Part shown: piece after piece, positions 25,101-37,492 of the stretch
Numbering within the stretch: position 1 is the first letter of the stretch
Layout: the number at the start of each line of letters is the position of its first letter
Assembly: GCF_000315625.1 (NCBI RefSeq)
Contig: NW_005434599.1
Span: 254,424 to 303,149, forward strand
DNA length: 48,726 nucleotides
DNA from: Guillardia theta CCMP2712
Taxonomy: Eukaryota; Protista; Cryptophyta
Reading direction: 5' to 3'
Notes under the pieces: model-generated
Told to the model about the DNA's origin: nothing
Seen by the model: only the letters and a program-made list of their open reading frames with translations
Databases searched by the model: none
Translations under genes and position numbers: made by a program

Positions 25101-26923
25101 CGGAAGGTGTCGGAAGACACTTGGGAAACTTTCGAACCGTGGAGATTCAAAATGCCGACGGGAACCTGCTGGGCGTTCAGAGAGGGAGAGAAGGAGAAGA
25201 GACTTTGCCTTGCCCACGTACTCATACAGGAAGCGAGAAAAGGGATCGAGAACAAACACCCGAGGCTGCCAGTCCGGCTGAGCGGCCTCCTCCTCTCCCA
25301 CGAGCTTCATAAGCTGCTCCTGCTGCAAGCTCAGACGCCGCCAGCTTCTCTCCTCCCACCTTCAGCACTCGCAGGTGCTCCGGTACTGGTCGAGTCCAGC
25401 TGAACTCAAGCTTGAGCTCGCTTCGAACACCCGAGCTGTGTTTGACGTCCCCCCCCGCCAAAGTTTTCAAGGGGAACCAGGAGGAGTGAGGAGAAGAGGG
25501 CGAGGAGAGCGAGCGAGGGGCGGAGAGGAGGGAGGAAAGAGGGACCAGCACTTCGCCGATCAGCTCCGTCGCGATGAAACCTTTGTGAAACATCCGCACG
25601 CTCAGCGTTGTCTCCCGGCTCTCCGACACGCCGAAGGTGAAGTCTTCCTCGAACTTTGCGTGCTCTCCCTGTGCAATCACGCTGACTCGCTCACTTGAGC
25701 AGGGAAGGAGGCTGGTATGCTCGAGCTGTTCGCTGCTGGTCCACGCGCAGGCGGAAGAGTCTTGAAGTTTCAACACACAGAACGCTCTCGTCCATTCCAA
25801 CGTTGGGAGGTGGGAGGCCTTGACTAGACGGACGTGGAGGATGGCGGACGGGTGCTCGTCAAAGTCTACATGTACATCAGACATGCTGCTCGAGCGCTCC
25901 TGCTCCATCCCTCCAGCTCTTTTGCCTGTCGAGGATTCTGCAGCAGCCTCCTTGCCTTGCCGGGCCGGCCCGAAGAGGCTCTTAGTCAAGCTGCGCTCTT
26001 TCCGCTCATTGATGGACGAGGCTTTAGCTTCGTTCTGCTCAAGCTGCTTATCTTCAGCGAAGCTTATTTTGATAGCGCGATACTTGAAACGTAAGAGGCA
26101 ACTTTCGTCTCGGATACTCTCTTGGAGTTCCCTGAGGATGGTTGTTTGCTCTCTCGCGTCTCTTGCTCGGCTGTCAGGCCTCACGCTGAACTCAACCAGC
26201 ACTGAGCCTTCCTTGAGCGTCAACACTTTCACCCTCTCAGCGTCAAGGTTTGCTGCCACTGCGATGCAGAACTGAAGGTCTTGCTTGAGCGTCGCCCTCC
26301 TGCTCAATAGTCATGCAACTCCCCCTCACACTTCAAACCTCTCACTTGCGAGGTTCTAAGGGCACCAGCTCCTCGAAGTCAAAGTCCAACGTCATAACAA
26401 ACCTCGCCCACTCGCTCCGCTTGCTCGCTGCCTTCATCGCATCGCTGACGCTGTTGGGGTCGACCAGCTCGTAACTGGTGTAATTCAGAGAGCTTTGTGC
26501 GATGAGATCCTTCATGTAACTGTCGAACTGGCTCTGAAACTTCTGCTCTTCCTCCACGTTGCCCTCCTCCACCTCTCTGCTAGCTATCGGGTTCTCGGAG
26601 TCCATCAGGGAAGTTCTTAGATGCTCCGTGTACATCTCAAGGGCCTGCAAGCTGCTGCGCATCTTGGCGATGTACGGATCCATCTCCTCCCTGCTAAGGG
26701 TCAAAAAAGGCTCGCGGGCAGCGAGAGGCTGGTACCTCTTCTGGGTGTCGGAGTCCAGCTTCTCCACCCGGACCTGTTGTGGGGGGTACAAGGAAGGAGG
26801 CGTGTGAGGCGAGAGAGTACTAGTATGCTTGACGAGGAGAAGCGAGTCTGGCTCGTAGGGGAAAGGATCATGAGAGACAGGGGGCGGCCACTCAGACATC
26901 CACGTGGGTCGCTCCGACGCCAT
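22170..26923 (-). CDS. Large type II membrane protein: SEA-like + C2 (+ PH-like piece) | TM | Myxococcus Cys-rich repeat, 3 x FN3, C-terminal SRCR
   Basis: C2: LHVRLVKASHLP...FEEDFTFGV...LIGEVLVPLSSL. TM: WPILLAAFLLVGLAIGLCVW. Cys repeat: CGDG...EECDDGNNQNQDGCSATCQLE. Three W-x-x-P-x-x-(D/T)GG FN3 units. SRCR: QVQHDGTWG...VACRSLG...VWLEGVQCTGSE. The three ORFs join through short GT-AG introns. Confidence 0.8.
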
Positions 26924-27003
26924 ATTTCAAAGTTGCCGGGCCTGAGACGGTGGGCAGTCAGTTAGTTACTGTCACTAGTGTTATCGAGTATCTCCTCTCT
27001 CAT

Positions 27004-27130
27004 CTCCTCTCCTCTCCTCTCCTCTCCTCTCCTCTCCTCTCCTCTCCTCTCCTCTCCTCTCCTCTCCTCTCCTCTCCTCTCCTCTCCTCTCCTCTCCTCC
27101 CCTCCCCTCCCCTCTCCTCCCCTCCCCTCG
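27004..27130. repeat. (CCTCT)n pentanucleotide microsatellite
   Basis: Seen directly. Confidence 0.97.
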
Positions 27131-27393
27131 CTCGTTTCCGTCAGTCTCAACTCGCATTTCTCTAGTTCAAACTTTGACCCAGTCGACCAGAACTGTTGAG
27201 ACTCATCTCCCTCATACCGCTCACTGCCCTCTTGCCCTCATCCCCCCTCATCCCTTTTCATCCTCCCTCATCCCAGCCCTCATCCCCCCTCTTCACTTCG
27301 CCTCCGTCAGGTTTTTTGGTTTTCAGCCGGAGATTTTGCGGCAGGAGGAGGTCGAGGACGAGGATCTTCGAGTCATCCAGCGCGCCGCAGCCC

Positions 27394-28903
27394 ATGAAGC
27401 TTGTCTTCAACTTGCTTCCTCTTCTGCTGCTCAGTTCATCCCCTCACAGAGTTGAACCGTTTGCAGTCCCGGCCGTATCATTCCATGTTGCCAGTCAGAG
27501 TTTAAAAAGGTTTCTGCGAGGTCCGCTCAATCCGACCTGAGGTTTTGTCAGGCCGTCTCTACGGATCTTTCAACCTTCGAGATCTCCTCGAAGACCAGAA
27601 GGCCTCAAGTCATTCGCCTGCAGCCTTGTGCCAAACCTTGAGTGCGTTCAAAACATACGAGACTTGTCCTCCGTGACTAACTCTCCAGTGAAGCCCGGAA
27701 GGTAAAGAGTCGATCCGTTGTCATGAGCTTGCATGTAACATGCTTCATTCCTAGAGTTTTCAGAACGGCTTGCGTGGGTACAGCAAGTGAGAGCGATGCT
27801 TGTCTGATAGTGGAGAATATCAAGACTCTCATTGATTTGAGATCGGAGAAGGAGTACGGCATGGACTCGGTCAAATACAACAGCAGCGTGTGGCAGCAGT
27901 ACGATGATCTTATTTACGAAGTCAAGAAGTCGAAGACCGGCAAGCCTAAAGCTCTCATTCCCTCTTCTCCGGCGAAGGAACCAATGCGCGCGAGACACAT
28001 GCTGTCAGTCATAGATGAGGCCATCTACAAGCGAGGAGTCTTCAAGCGGATGAGCCTGCGCAAGAAGATTAAAGCTGGAATCTACAGGGCCGTCAGCTAT
28101 ACGAAAGCTCGATCATTCTTCATAGAGTACATCAACAATGCAGGTTTGGCTCGAGATGGGCGACTCGTCCTAAAGCCTGTCTAGGTCTGCCACTGCTGAA
28201 TGAATTGATTCTCGACTACGGAGGTCCCTCCATCAAAGCGGTCATGCAAGTGGTGAGTCAGGGAGGAAAGTGATCCGAGACGTTTTAACGGCGAGCAGTT
28301 GTCGGACCGGGCGAATCATCCTGTTGCGTGCGTTGCACTTCGAGAGGTTGACAGGTGGTTTAAACAGCTTTGAATCTCAGGTTCTATTGCACTGCGGGGA
28401 AAGATCGTACAGGATTGATCGCAATGCTTGTACGTTCCTTTGGTGATGATCGTGTGGATGGTTTTGCATGACATTCATGATTAGGTGCTCTCAGTCTTGG
28501 GAGTTGATAACGAGGCTATAGTGAATGACTATGTGCTGTCAGACGACGTCGGATTGTGATGAAAGCAAGCCTGTCTTAATTGCTGTCGCTCAGGTGTATG
28601 CGAACTTGGGTGACAAGAATGCCATGGTTGGAGCGCTGAGACAAGAGCAGGTAGCACATCACATCCCTGTTCCCATAACTCTCCTAACGATACGGAAGCT
28701 GGACCCTGAAAAGTTTCTTCGTGCACCTCGTGCGGTCATGGAGCAAACAATCAAACTTCTCAAGGAGGAATACGGAGGAGCCGCCAAATATTTGGAAAGT
28801 AAGTTAGATCGAGGCTGCTCTGTCATCGTCTGAGAGTTGCACAGGCATAGGGTTCGGTCCGGATGAAGTGAAGAAATTGCGGGTGGCCTTATGCGATGAC
28901 TAG
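27394..28903 (+). CDS. Protein-tyrosine/lipid phosphatase of the Y_phosphatase3 (IphP/PtpB-like) family, with signal peptide
   Basis: Motifs NIRDL, VFRTA, IKTLIDLRSEKE, P-loop FYCTAGKDRTG, IVNDY and YGGAAKYLE-x-IG. N-terminal MKLVFNLLPLLLLSSS. Confidence 0.88.
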
Positions 28904-28949
28904 CGATAAGAAGAAAACTCTGACTGGTGTTAGAAACAAAAATGATTTC

Positions 28950-29865
28950 TCTAAGCAACAAGGCTATGTTAGCCGGCGAAGAGATCTCGCGAGAAAATCG
29001 TTTCCATGGTTTCATAAGCGCAAGCACATGGCCGTCTTGTTCGCGCACGCGATCGCTACTTGAGCCCAGGCAGCAGAGACTCAGCAGAGCGACGAGCTCC
29101 TGAACAAGTTGACAAGTCAGGAGGATGAAGAAGGAAAATCAAGTCGATTAGACACCGTGGAAGTATGATGTCCCCTTCCACCTCTCCTTCTGATACATCT
29201 TCATGGTGCGCAGCAGAACGCAAGCTAAGCATCTGCAGTAGAAATCAGAAGATACGAACCAAGATGCGCACGAAAACTTCACGTGCAAATAATCGCGATC
29301 GTTGGAAAGGCGTAGTGTAAGACATATGTATCGAAGAACGGTGTGGCTTCATCAGGGGGCAGCTTCTGTGCTCCATACGCACTCTGCAAAGAGAGGGGCG
29401 GTTGGAAAGAAAGACAAGAAGAAGATGAAACCAAACACATGAGAGGGAAAAAGAAATCACCTGCTGAAACTTCCCCCGTCTTCCGCGCATCCCCCGACCA
29501 GCTTCCTGCCCTCTCGTTGAATGCATGGAGAGGTGCGGAGACATGCTCGCTGCCTCCACATCTGAGTGATGCGATCGAGCAATGTGCTGCTGATTTTCTG
29601 CATCCTTTTTGAGTGTCTCGGCTGAAACGCCATGCTGTCGTGCGATGTGCTTGGCTTTGACGGTTTCAAACCGATGCTTCATACTCTCCTGCAACACATG
29701 TCATCTTGGTTCACCTAGTCAAGGCTCATCTCGACTGACTTCAGGTGCCTCCATCTTCAAGCTCGACGTCGCTGACTCTCCGAGCTGTGCCAGCACCACC
29801 ATCACGAGCGCCGAAGCCATCCTCGCCACCCTCCTCGCCCCCTCTCCTCTGGCCAGTCCCGGCAT
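28950..29865 (-). CDS. Hypothetical secreted or membrane protein, multi-exon; 3' end uncertain
   Basis: Hydrophobic leader MASALVMVVLAQLG, then exon ESMKHRFETVKAK...KFQQ bounded by AG/GT. Confidence 0.4.
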
Positions 29866-29978
29866 GATGTGGCACACCCCCTCATCCCACCTCCAGCCCA
29901 ACATTCCCTTCACCACCCGTAACCCCCTGTTGACCCCTCTTTACCACCCCTGCTCGACAGACTCTCGAAAGTTCTGTC

Positions 29979-32121
29979 ATGCCACCGCTTTCACTTCGTT
30001 GCGCTGACTGCGGATCACAGGCAAGCTCCCCTCCTCCTCCCTCCCTTCCCTCCACCCCTCCTCCTTCCCTTTCCTCCACCCCTCCTCCTTCCCTCCCTTT
30101 CCTCCACCCCTCCTCCTCCTCCCCTTTCCTCCACCCCTCCTCCCTCCCTTTCCTCCCTCCCTCCCTCCATCCATCCATCCCTCCTCCTTCCCTTTCCTCC
30201 ACCCCTCCTCCCTCCCTCCCTTCCCTCCACCCCTCCTCCTTCCCTTTCCTCCTCCCTCCCTCCCTTTCCTCCACCCCTCCTCCCTCCCTCCCTTCCCTCC
30301 TCCTTCCCTCTACGCGTACGCTTTTCATTCCTTTTCCTCGTTCTCATTTCACGTTCTGTGTTTGTTATCATGATGTGCATCGCAGCTCAAGGATGCCAAC
30401 GAGGCTCAAGCGCATGCAGAGCTCACTGGCCACACAAACTTCGAGGAGAGCACGGAGCCGGTCCTGTGCTCGATGTGAATCAGCATGAGGCTGCTCTGAC
30501 ATGATCTCCAGGTCCTCCAACTTGTTTGCAAAGCATGCGGGAAGCCATGCAGAAGCGATACGGAGAAGACGCTGCATATGCAGAGGAACCCGGGACACAC
30601 AGAGTTTGTCGATAAGACAGGAGAGAACCAGAGTGGCGTCTCGTATGAACTTGAAGCAAAAGAGGCAGATGATGAAGAGTTGAAAAAAGCTCTTGCTCTT
30701 TCCATGGGAAAGAATCCAGAAGATGCAACAGGTGATTACAAGTCGCCTGAAGCCTTATCATGATTGATTTCCTTCTGATTCGCCAATACAGGAGGAGAGG
30801 AAGTGATGATGGAGCGAGTGACCGACAAGGTGAACAAGGAATTGCTCGAGCAGCTCGTCGAGATGGGTTTCTCCGACATCAGGGCAGAACGGGCACTGTG
30901 GACGACTGGAAGCAAAAGCCTTGAAGAGGCTGTCACATGGCTCGCTGAACACAGCGAAGACAAGGAGATCGATGAACCTCTTCTTGTCCCGGCTGGCGCA
31001 AAGCCAAAGCTGAGCAAAGAAGAGCAAAAGCAGTTGTTGGAAGAGCGACTCGCAAAGATAAGAAAGGTTACAAATGGCTTGCTATAGCGAAGATCTTATT
31101 TCGAACCAGGACAAGGAAAGACAACAGAAGGAATTGGAGAAGCAGCAGGAGATGGCTCGCATTGCATCCTCCAAGGAGATGAACGAGGTCTCCTGGCCCT
31201 GACTGTCTGCTTGTCGTCTCCTTCTCTTCTTTCTGACACGAAATTCTCCAGGCAAGGCGCCTGCAGAAGGAACAAGAAGAGAAGATCGCGTTGGAAAAGG
31301 CTCGGCGTGAGAAAGAGCGTGAAGCGAGGGATCGGGCGCGTGTCAAGGTTTCGAGTGAGCTGAGGCGCTGCTGGACTAAGCCACTGTGAAGGCGGAGCTA
31401 GAGAAGGACCGCATGGAGCGATTGGCTGCTCGGGGGATCCGGCCAGAGCAGAAGGACGAAGTTGTCAAGGTGTTGACCTGCTTGACTTTCCGGCTCGTTC
31501 TGATCATGATGCCCTCGCCTAGACCGCTGCCGACCCGTCAGCTCTCCGATAAGTTTGCCTGCCTCTGATGCCTCTGCAGGTACAAAGAGCGAAAACTTGA
31601 ACTGAGCACAAAACTCCGAGATCTCATTGCAACGTATCGCAACGACCCGACATCTCCAAATCCTGGAACGAAAGCTCTCGAGACAGCGGTATCAGGGAAA
31701 TACGTGTGGGAGGAAGGAGAGGAGGATAGGGAGAAATCGTGAGCCCTGCAGAGAGATGATGATGCAGAAGCTTTGGACGGAAGCGGATGTCGGGAGCTGT
31801 TGGGGAGACGTAACATTGATCTGACTTTCCTTGTCAGTGTAAATATGTGGAGAACGTCGTCAATAACCCCAACGAAGACAAGTATCGCAGCATCAATATT
31901 GAGAATGCCGCGTTTCAGCGTCTGGTGGGATCAAAGGAGGGAGGGTTGTCGATGATGAAGGCCATTGGCTTTGAAGAGGTTGACGGCAGGTGACTCTCTT
32001 TCGACTTCTGTTCCCTCGCTCACGTTCCTCAAGACTCTCGCTTGCTGCTGTCGACATGGAGTGGCTCAAGCAGGCTCTGGTGGAGGTGCAGCTTGCGGTG
32101 AAACGTGGACCCTTCTACTAA
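29979..32121 (+). CDS. 2 x C2H2 zinc finger - UIM - UBA - coiled coil - PUB protein (p97/CDC48 adaptor type)
   Basis: LRCADCGSQ|LKDANEAQAHAELTGHTNF; LVCKACGKPCRS...HMQRNPGHTEF; DEELKKALALSM; LVEMGFS...AVTWL; YVENVVNNPNEDKYRSINIENAAF...IGF. The first intron (30021-30385) has a GC donor. Confidence 0.9.
30025..30310. repeat. C/T-rich degenerate minisatellite inside the GC-AG intron
   Basis: Recurring CCCTTTCCTCCACCCCTCCTCC-like units. Confidence 0.85.
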
Positions 32122-32179
32122 ATTATCCAACAAATTGCTACTGAACCGTTGTTGATGAATGAAGAATCACGGTTCCCAC

Positions 32180-32410
32180 ACTGGCAGCATGTCGCGGGCA
32201 GTCCCCGCCGGGATCTCCGGCCGGGCCGGACGGCCGCCGCCGCCGTGACCGTCTCATCGTGACGTGACCGCCGGCGGCCGGGCCCGCCGCGGAGTCCGAT
32301 CCCCGGGCCCGGGGGGGGCCTGGCCCGTGGCAGTCGGACTCAAGCAGCGTGACAACGCCGACTCGAGGCGGGCCTGCGGCGGGTCAGGGCCGGCGTTGGC
32401 GAGCGTCCAA
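32180..32410. promoter_or_regulatory. Very GC/CpG-rich intergenic island upstream of the LRR gene
   Basis: Composition and position only; similar patches at about 10010-10190 and 39300-39520. Confidence 0.35.
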
Positions 32411-32452
32411 CGGCTAATGGCTTTCTGACGAGAAGAGGGATAGAGGAGGAGG

Positions 32453-32637
32453 GGCAGAGGCAGAGGCAGAGGCAGAGGCAGAGGCAGAGGCAGAGGCAGA
32501 GGCAGAGGCAGAGGCAGAGGCAGAGGCAGAGGCAGAGGCAGAGGCAGAGGCAGAGGCAGAGGCAGAGGCAGAGGCAGAGGCAGAGGCAGAGGCAGAGGCA
32601 GAGGCAGAGGCAGAGGCAGAGGCAGAGGCAGAGGCAG
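32453..32637. repeat. (GGCAGA)n hexanucleotide microsatellite, about 30 copies
   Basis: Seen directly. Confidence 0.98.
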
Positions 32638-32732
32638 GGCTATAGATAGCGAAGAAGAGAGCCAGGAGAGGGAGGGAGGGAGGGAGGCAGAGGAGGGGAG
32701 CTGAAGAGAAGGACTCTCGTACGCAAAACAAA

Positions 32733-33873
32733 ATGCGGTCAGACCAAGGGATTCGCATAGTGGACGAGATAGTACGGAGAGATGCCGCCTTCTGTCAGGG
32801 GTTGCTGCACTCGCTTGGCATCAAGAACGACACGGCAGAGGTGCTGCTGTCACGTCAAGGTCTCGAGGAACTATGCGACATGTCGCATCTCAAATGCCTC
32901 GAGGCGCTTTGGATCAACAACAACAAGCTGAAGTCGATTCGCGGACTAGACAGCAACGTACAGATCAAGGATCTCTACGCATCTAGCAACCTCATCGACA
33001 CATTGCAGGGCTCCTTGCGCCACCTTAAGTACGTCCGAATCCTCTCGCTCAACAAGAACAAGCTTGCAGATCTGGACAAAGTGCTTGCAGCGATCTCACA
33101 CTTGACGAGCTTAGAGGAACTCGGTACAGTGCCTCATGTCTTCTCCTTCAAGCTGACTCTCATGTCTTCTCAGATCTCTCCGCAAACCCCGTCGCTAACG
33201 AGCTTTTTTACCGCGAGCGCATCATCTACACCTTTCCTAATCTTTTGGTCCTTGACCGCCACATGGTGACGCCAACCGAGCGTGAGAGCGCGAGGGTTCA
33301 CTTCGAGGGGAAGGTCTCGACCAACTTGAGCTTCATGCGCACAAAATCCTTGTGGAAGAACCCGCCACGACAGAAGATCGCCTCGCTGTCCATCCTCGCA
33401 AAGGAGATGTACCGGGAAATCGAGCAGAGGAAAACTAGACAGCATGGAGACCATGCTTCGCCAGGTCAAGCAGCTCCAGCTGAGCCACGACCTGCAACAA
33501 TGCATGGTGATCAAGCAGCGTAGAGAAGAAGGAAGACTGATGACGCGATGCACAGCAGGAGGAGGAGGGGTGAAGCATGATACCTTCAAGTTCAAGAGAT
33601 TTGTGTCACCGGTATGCGTAAGAGATGGCGACATGCGATGATGAGATGCGCAGAGCTTGTCGCTCACCAGGCCTCAGCTTGAGTTGTCCTCTTCGCTCTC
33701 ATTGCGGACGGTCAGCAAGAAGCGGGCAGAAGGCATCACCATTGACGAGGTCCTGCGCTCCTGCTGTCAAGCTCTTGACTGATGCATCGCAGAGGCGATG
33801 GAAACTTTACCAGGAGAGAAAAGCGTTGGAGCAGCAGCCCACCAGACTGGAAGAAAGCGAGTTGATGATTTGA
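32733..33873 (+). CDS. SDS22-type leucine-rich repeat protein with LRRcap (LRRC72-like)
   Basis: LEALWINNNKL, IKDLYASSNLI, VRILSLNKNKL, LEEL|DLSANPV...YRERIIYTFPNLLVLD. Confidence 0.85.
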
Positions 33874-33909
33874 GAGCTTAGGGGATGAGGAGACGGAATG
33901 CGCATGTCC

Positions 33910-36688
33910 TCATTCAAAGGCAGCTTCGGGATCGAACATTTCCTGCGCAGTTGAGGCTGCCTGTGTGGCAAGACCGAGGAAAGTCTGCTTGAGGTGAGGT
34001 GAGGCAAAGAGGAGGAGAGCATTTCCCCGATGGGAGCATTGAACCTCAACCATCTTCTCTTCTACCTGCGGGTCAGGAAAGAAGTTTGTCTTGACGACAA
34101 AGCGGGCACTTGCAAGGCTCCACTTCTCCTCCACCACCTCATGCCTCCTCCTCGCCCTCAGCCATCCGCCAACGAGCTCCACTTCCTGCTCCTGCCAAGT
34201 CTCTGAGCCGATGTCCTCCTCGCGTGTGAGGAGAAGCAGGTCGTTGAACAGCAGGAGCCGTCGAAGAGGTTGGGCGACCTCCTTGGGGCTCGCAGACCCC
34301 TGGAAGAGGGAGGCAGACAAGGCTGAGACTCTCTGATGCGGGCTCATCACCTCCACTGTCTCCTCCATCAACTTCCTCCGATGCGCCGGCAGCCACTCGA
34401 CCCGCGACATCCTCCACCCCTTAGGGCTGCAAGCTCCACACGCTAGATACGCTCCCTCCACTGCAAGCCCGTCGTCTTCCTCCATCAAAGAAGCGGTCCT
34501 TGTTGTGTTGCTTCCCCTCCCTTGGTCTACAATGAGAGCATGCAGTCTCAACAACTCAAGGAGTTCGCTGGATGTTCGTCCCTCCAGCATCTCAAGCTGA
34601 TGCGTCAGAGTCTCTGAAAGGAGAATTCTCGTCAGAGAGCATCCTCTCTACATCTCGACTCTTATTCGTCGCCTCTCGACATGTTTCTAAAGTCCTTCCT
34701 CCCCTCCTCTCACCTTGCCACTCTCTCCACTCGCTCAAAAGCACGACGTCCGGATGTCCAGCAGGAGTTGCTTTCCTGATGGCCAAGCTGACTTCAAGAA
34801 AGTCTTGCGAGCATCGCAGAGGGGCAACAAGATGGAGGGCGAGGGCGAGGGAGGAAGAGGAGAGGACTGAAGCTTCTAACGACGATAAGAAGCACAGAAA
34901 GCGTCGGTGACGAAGAGCTGAAGGGTAAGTGAACAACATAAGATCGAGAGGATCGGGAACACAAAGGCACCTTGAGAGAATGCTGAGCAGGCAGGAAGCA
35001 GTTGATAGATGCACAAGCACATCTCTGAGATCCATCTCTCAATAGCAGGACAACAGATGGCAAGGCTACAATTTCAAGGTCATGAAGAATGAGAATGCAT
35101 TCAATGACACCTCAAGCTCGGCGAGTCGAGGCGACAGAGACCGAGAGATCGCAAGGCAGCAGAGGAAGCGACCAACAAAGACTCGGAGTTCATCGCGATC
35201 ATCTTACAAATCATTTGATTCATCGTCCCCCATTCTGTTCGAAGGACTGGACGAAGAAACAAGAAGTGCAATGCATTGCAACAATCAATACATTCTTTCA
35301 TGATGCCCTCGAGTCTTTGAACACATTGAAATCGCATTTCAAAGATCTCGGCCATGGCCGTCAGTTGTTTTTCGCTTCTTGAGATTTCTGCCTGAGCAAC
35401 ATAGGAAAATGACAAGTTTACGATCACTAAAGCAATCAATAGCAAGAGTGTGACATCTCACCATCATTGTATCTTGCAGATTTTCTAGCAGCATCTTCTT
35501 CTCAACTTTCTTCACCGGAATCGCTAGAAATGAAATTTCTGTCGACTCACTCATCGTGAGCTGCAGAGCATCACTCGTGAACAAGGACAGGAGAACAGCT
35601 TGACCAGCCGTAACTCGCACAAGTCTGACGTCCGTCTTCGTGTCTTGAGCTCTTGCAGCAATCCATGCGCTCCCTTCTTCGATGACCATGAGATTGTTAG
35701 CGGCGATCTGAGACAGCAGAGCTGGACAGCTTCTCGAGACGCTCCTTCTGGTGGCGATGAATGCAAGTTGGAGCAGCGACGTATGTGAGAGAGAAGAGAA
35801 GACAGGAATCGATGTTGCTAGGCTCTCACCAAGACGCTGATGCACATCCAGTAGAAGCAGAGCGACAGAGCGAGCAAACCGTGTGCGATCAAACTGACGA
35901 ACAACTCCTGCTGTCTTGCCCCAGGCCTTCACAGCGTACGAAAACCTCATCGCCTCCTTCATTGCCTCAGGATCTAACCCCAACGTCTCCCCACTCGCAA
36001 CAGCAGAACAAGAGCCAAATGTAGATCCTTGTCCTATCACTTTGTACTGCTCATCGCCGTCCTCTACTTGGCAGTCTTGACGAGCCGTCCCGGACACGTT
36101 TCTTGAAATCACAGCAACCTCGCCAGTCACTACCAAGAAGAATGGACCCAACCTGCGATTCCTCGTGTCGATGATGGGATCATGCGGGGCGAATCGAATT
36201 CTCTTGGAGGAGGAAAGGAGGAGAGGCACATGCGAGGGCTCCAACTTAGACCATGCTGAGTTCACTCTCATCGCAGCCACGAGCTCTCCTGACTCGTCTG
36301 ATCCGTCCGTCAGCTCGGATGGCGGCCGGATGCTCTGCAGTCTTGATTTATCATCGACACTGCATTCTGTCGTCCCCGTAAGATCAGAGCATGAAGAGAG
36401 AGGCTGGCGCTCTTGCGTGCAAAGCTCGTTTATGAGGAAATGGCGCAAGGCGACGATGACGTCTTTGACCTTGTCTTTAGCAGTCAGCGACGAGGTGGCT
36501 TGGCTGGCCTCGCCTTCTCTCTTGACCTTGTCTTTAGCAGTCAGCGACGAGGTGGCTTGGCTGGCCTCGCCTTCTCTCTCGAGCAAGCTACGTGACAAGC
36601 TACGTGACACCTCCCATGCTCTTCTCCTCACCCTCTCTGACCTCCCCAACTCTTCCACCATTGCTAGCGCTGCCTCTTTCCCGGCCAT
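33910..36688 (-). CDS. Protein with two cNMP-binding-like domains, a degenerate DH (RhoGEF) domain and a PH domain
   Basis: cNMP-like: FAPHDPII...FFLVVTGEVAV...IGQGSTFG and IPVFSSLS...LMVIEEGSA. DH-like: HLVAPLR...IRKATPAGHPD. PH-like: RRLLLFNDLLLL. Confidence 0.65.
36464..36577. repeat. 57-bp in-frame tandem duplication (REGEASQATSSLTAKDKVK x2)
   Basis: Seen directly in DNA and protein. Confidence 0.95.
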
Positions 36689-36827
36689 GAAGAGTTTCAG
36701 GGGTCTGCCACTCCAAGACCATCCAAGGACGGGTGTATGACCAGTTGCAATAGGGGGTAGGGGTAGGGAGGGGGTAGGGGTAGAGAGTAAAGAAAGGGCT
36801 TGTGAGGTTTGCAAGGTAGACGAAAGA

Positions 36828-37355
36828 ATGGGGTGGTGGCCATGGGGCGAGGAAGAGAAGAAGATGAAGGCAACGTCGCGAGTGGCTTGCTACGACAGCA
36901 GAGACGAGTACTTCTTCTGTCTTGGTAAGTGCCTGCTGAGACGGCGACTCGCATATGAGACGCTTTCACGCTCATGTCAAGCTGACCTCTGTTTGTCTCG
37001 TTTCCATTGATCAATTCTACTCGTCTGGTTGCTTGAGTTGCTTATTCCGATGTTGCTTCGCATGCGCCACATACATCGATAAGCTTTTTGGTATGTCTTT
37101 TGAGCCTTTGCTTTTGAAGATGAGCACGGAGAGGAAAGTTCGAAATGCAAGCAGCTTGAGAAGAAGGTGACATTTCTCTTAAAACATGTTTCGAGGTTTT
37201 TGATGCAAGGATGGATGCAGTATAAACAGTCTTGCATGCAAGCGTGGGTGAAGTATTTCAACGTGCAACGCGAAAGGTTGAAAGCTCAAGGAAAACCATG
37301 GACCTCACCGAACATGGAGGGTCAGCATGCAAGTTTGAATCCCGAAAGACCATGA
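36828..37355 (+). CDS. COA6: Cytochrome c oxidase assembly factor 6 (COX6B/COA6 family), 3 exons
   Basis: Spliced SRVACYDSRDEYFFCL|DEHGEESSKCKQLEKK|YKQSCMQAWVKYF gives CX9C-Xn-CX10C plus WVKYF. Confidence 0.85.
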
Positions 37356-37492
37356 TGTCAAATAATGCTGTACAAAGATCTTGTGGGACAGTGTGGGATA
37401 AATCACGTGATGTCCTCTACTTATGTTGGCACAGCAGAGGCTTTTGGGATGCTGACCTCTCATTGCACGACTGTGCTTTTATTAGTATGGTC

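Noticed and set aside
30460-30516. Introner-type intron (GGTCCT repeated at both splice sites)
   Set aside because: Single case; the other introns I examined share no sequence family or consistent direct repeats.
32414-32758. Poly-(AS), poly-P/S/E/R and SSPLL ORFs at 5.1-5.5, 21, 27, 30 and 32.5 kb
   Set aside because: Translations of microsatellites.
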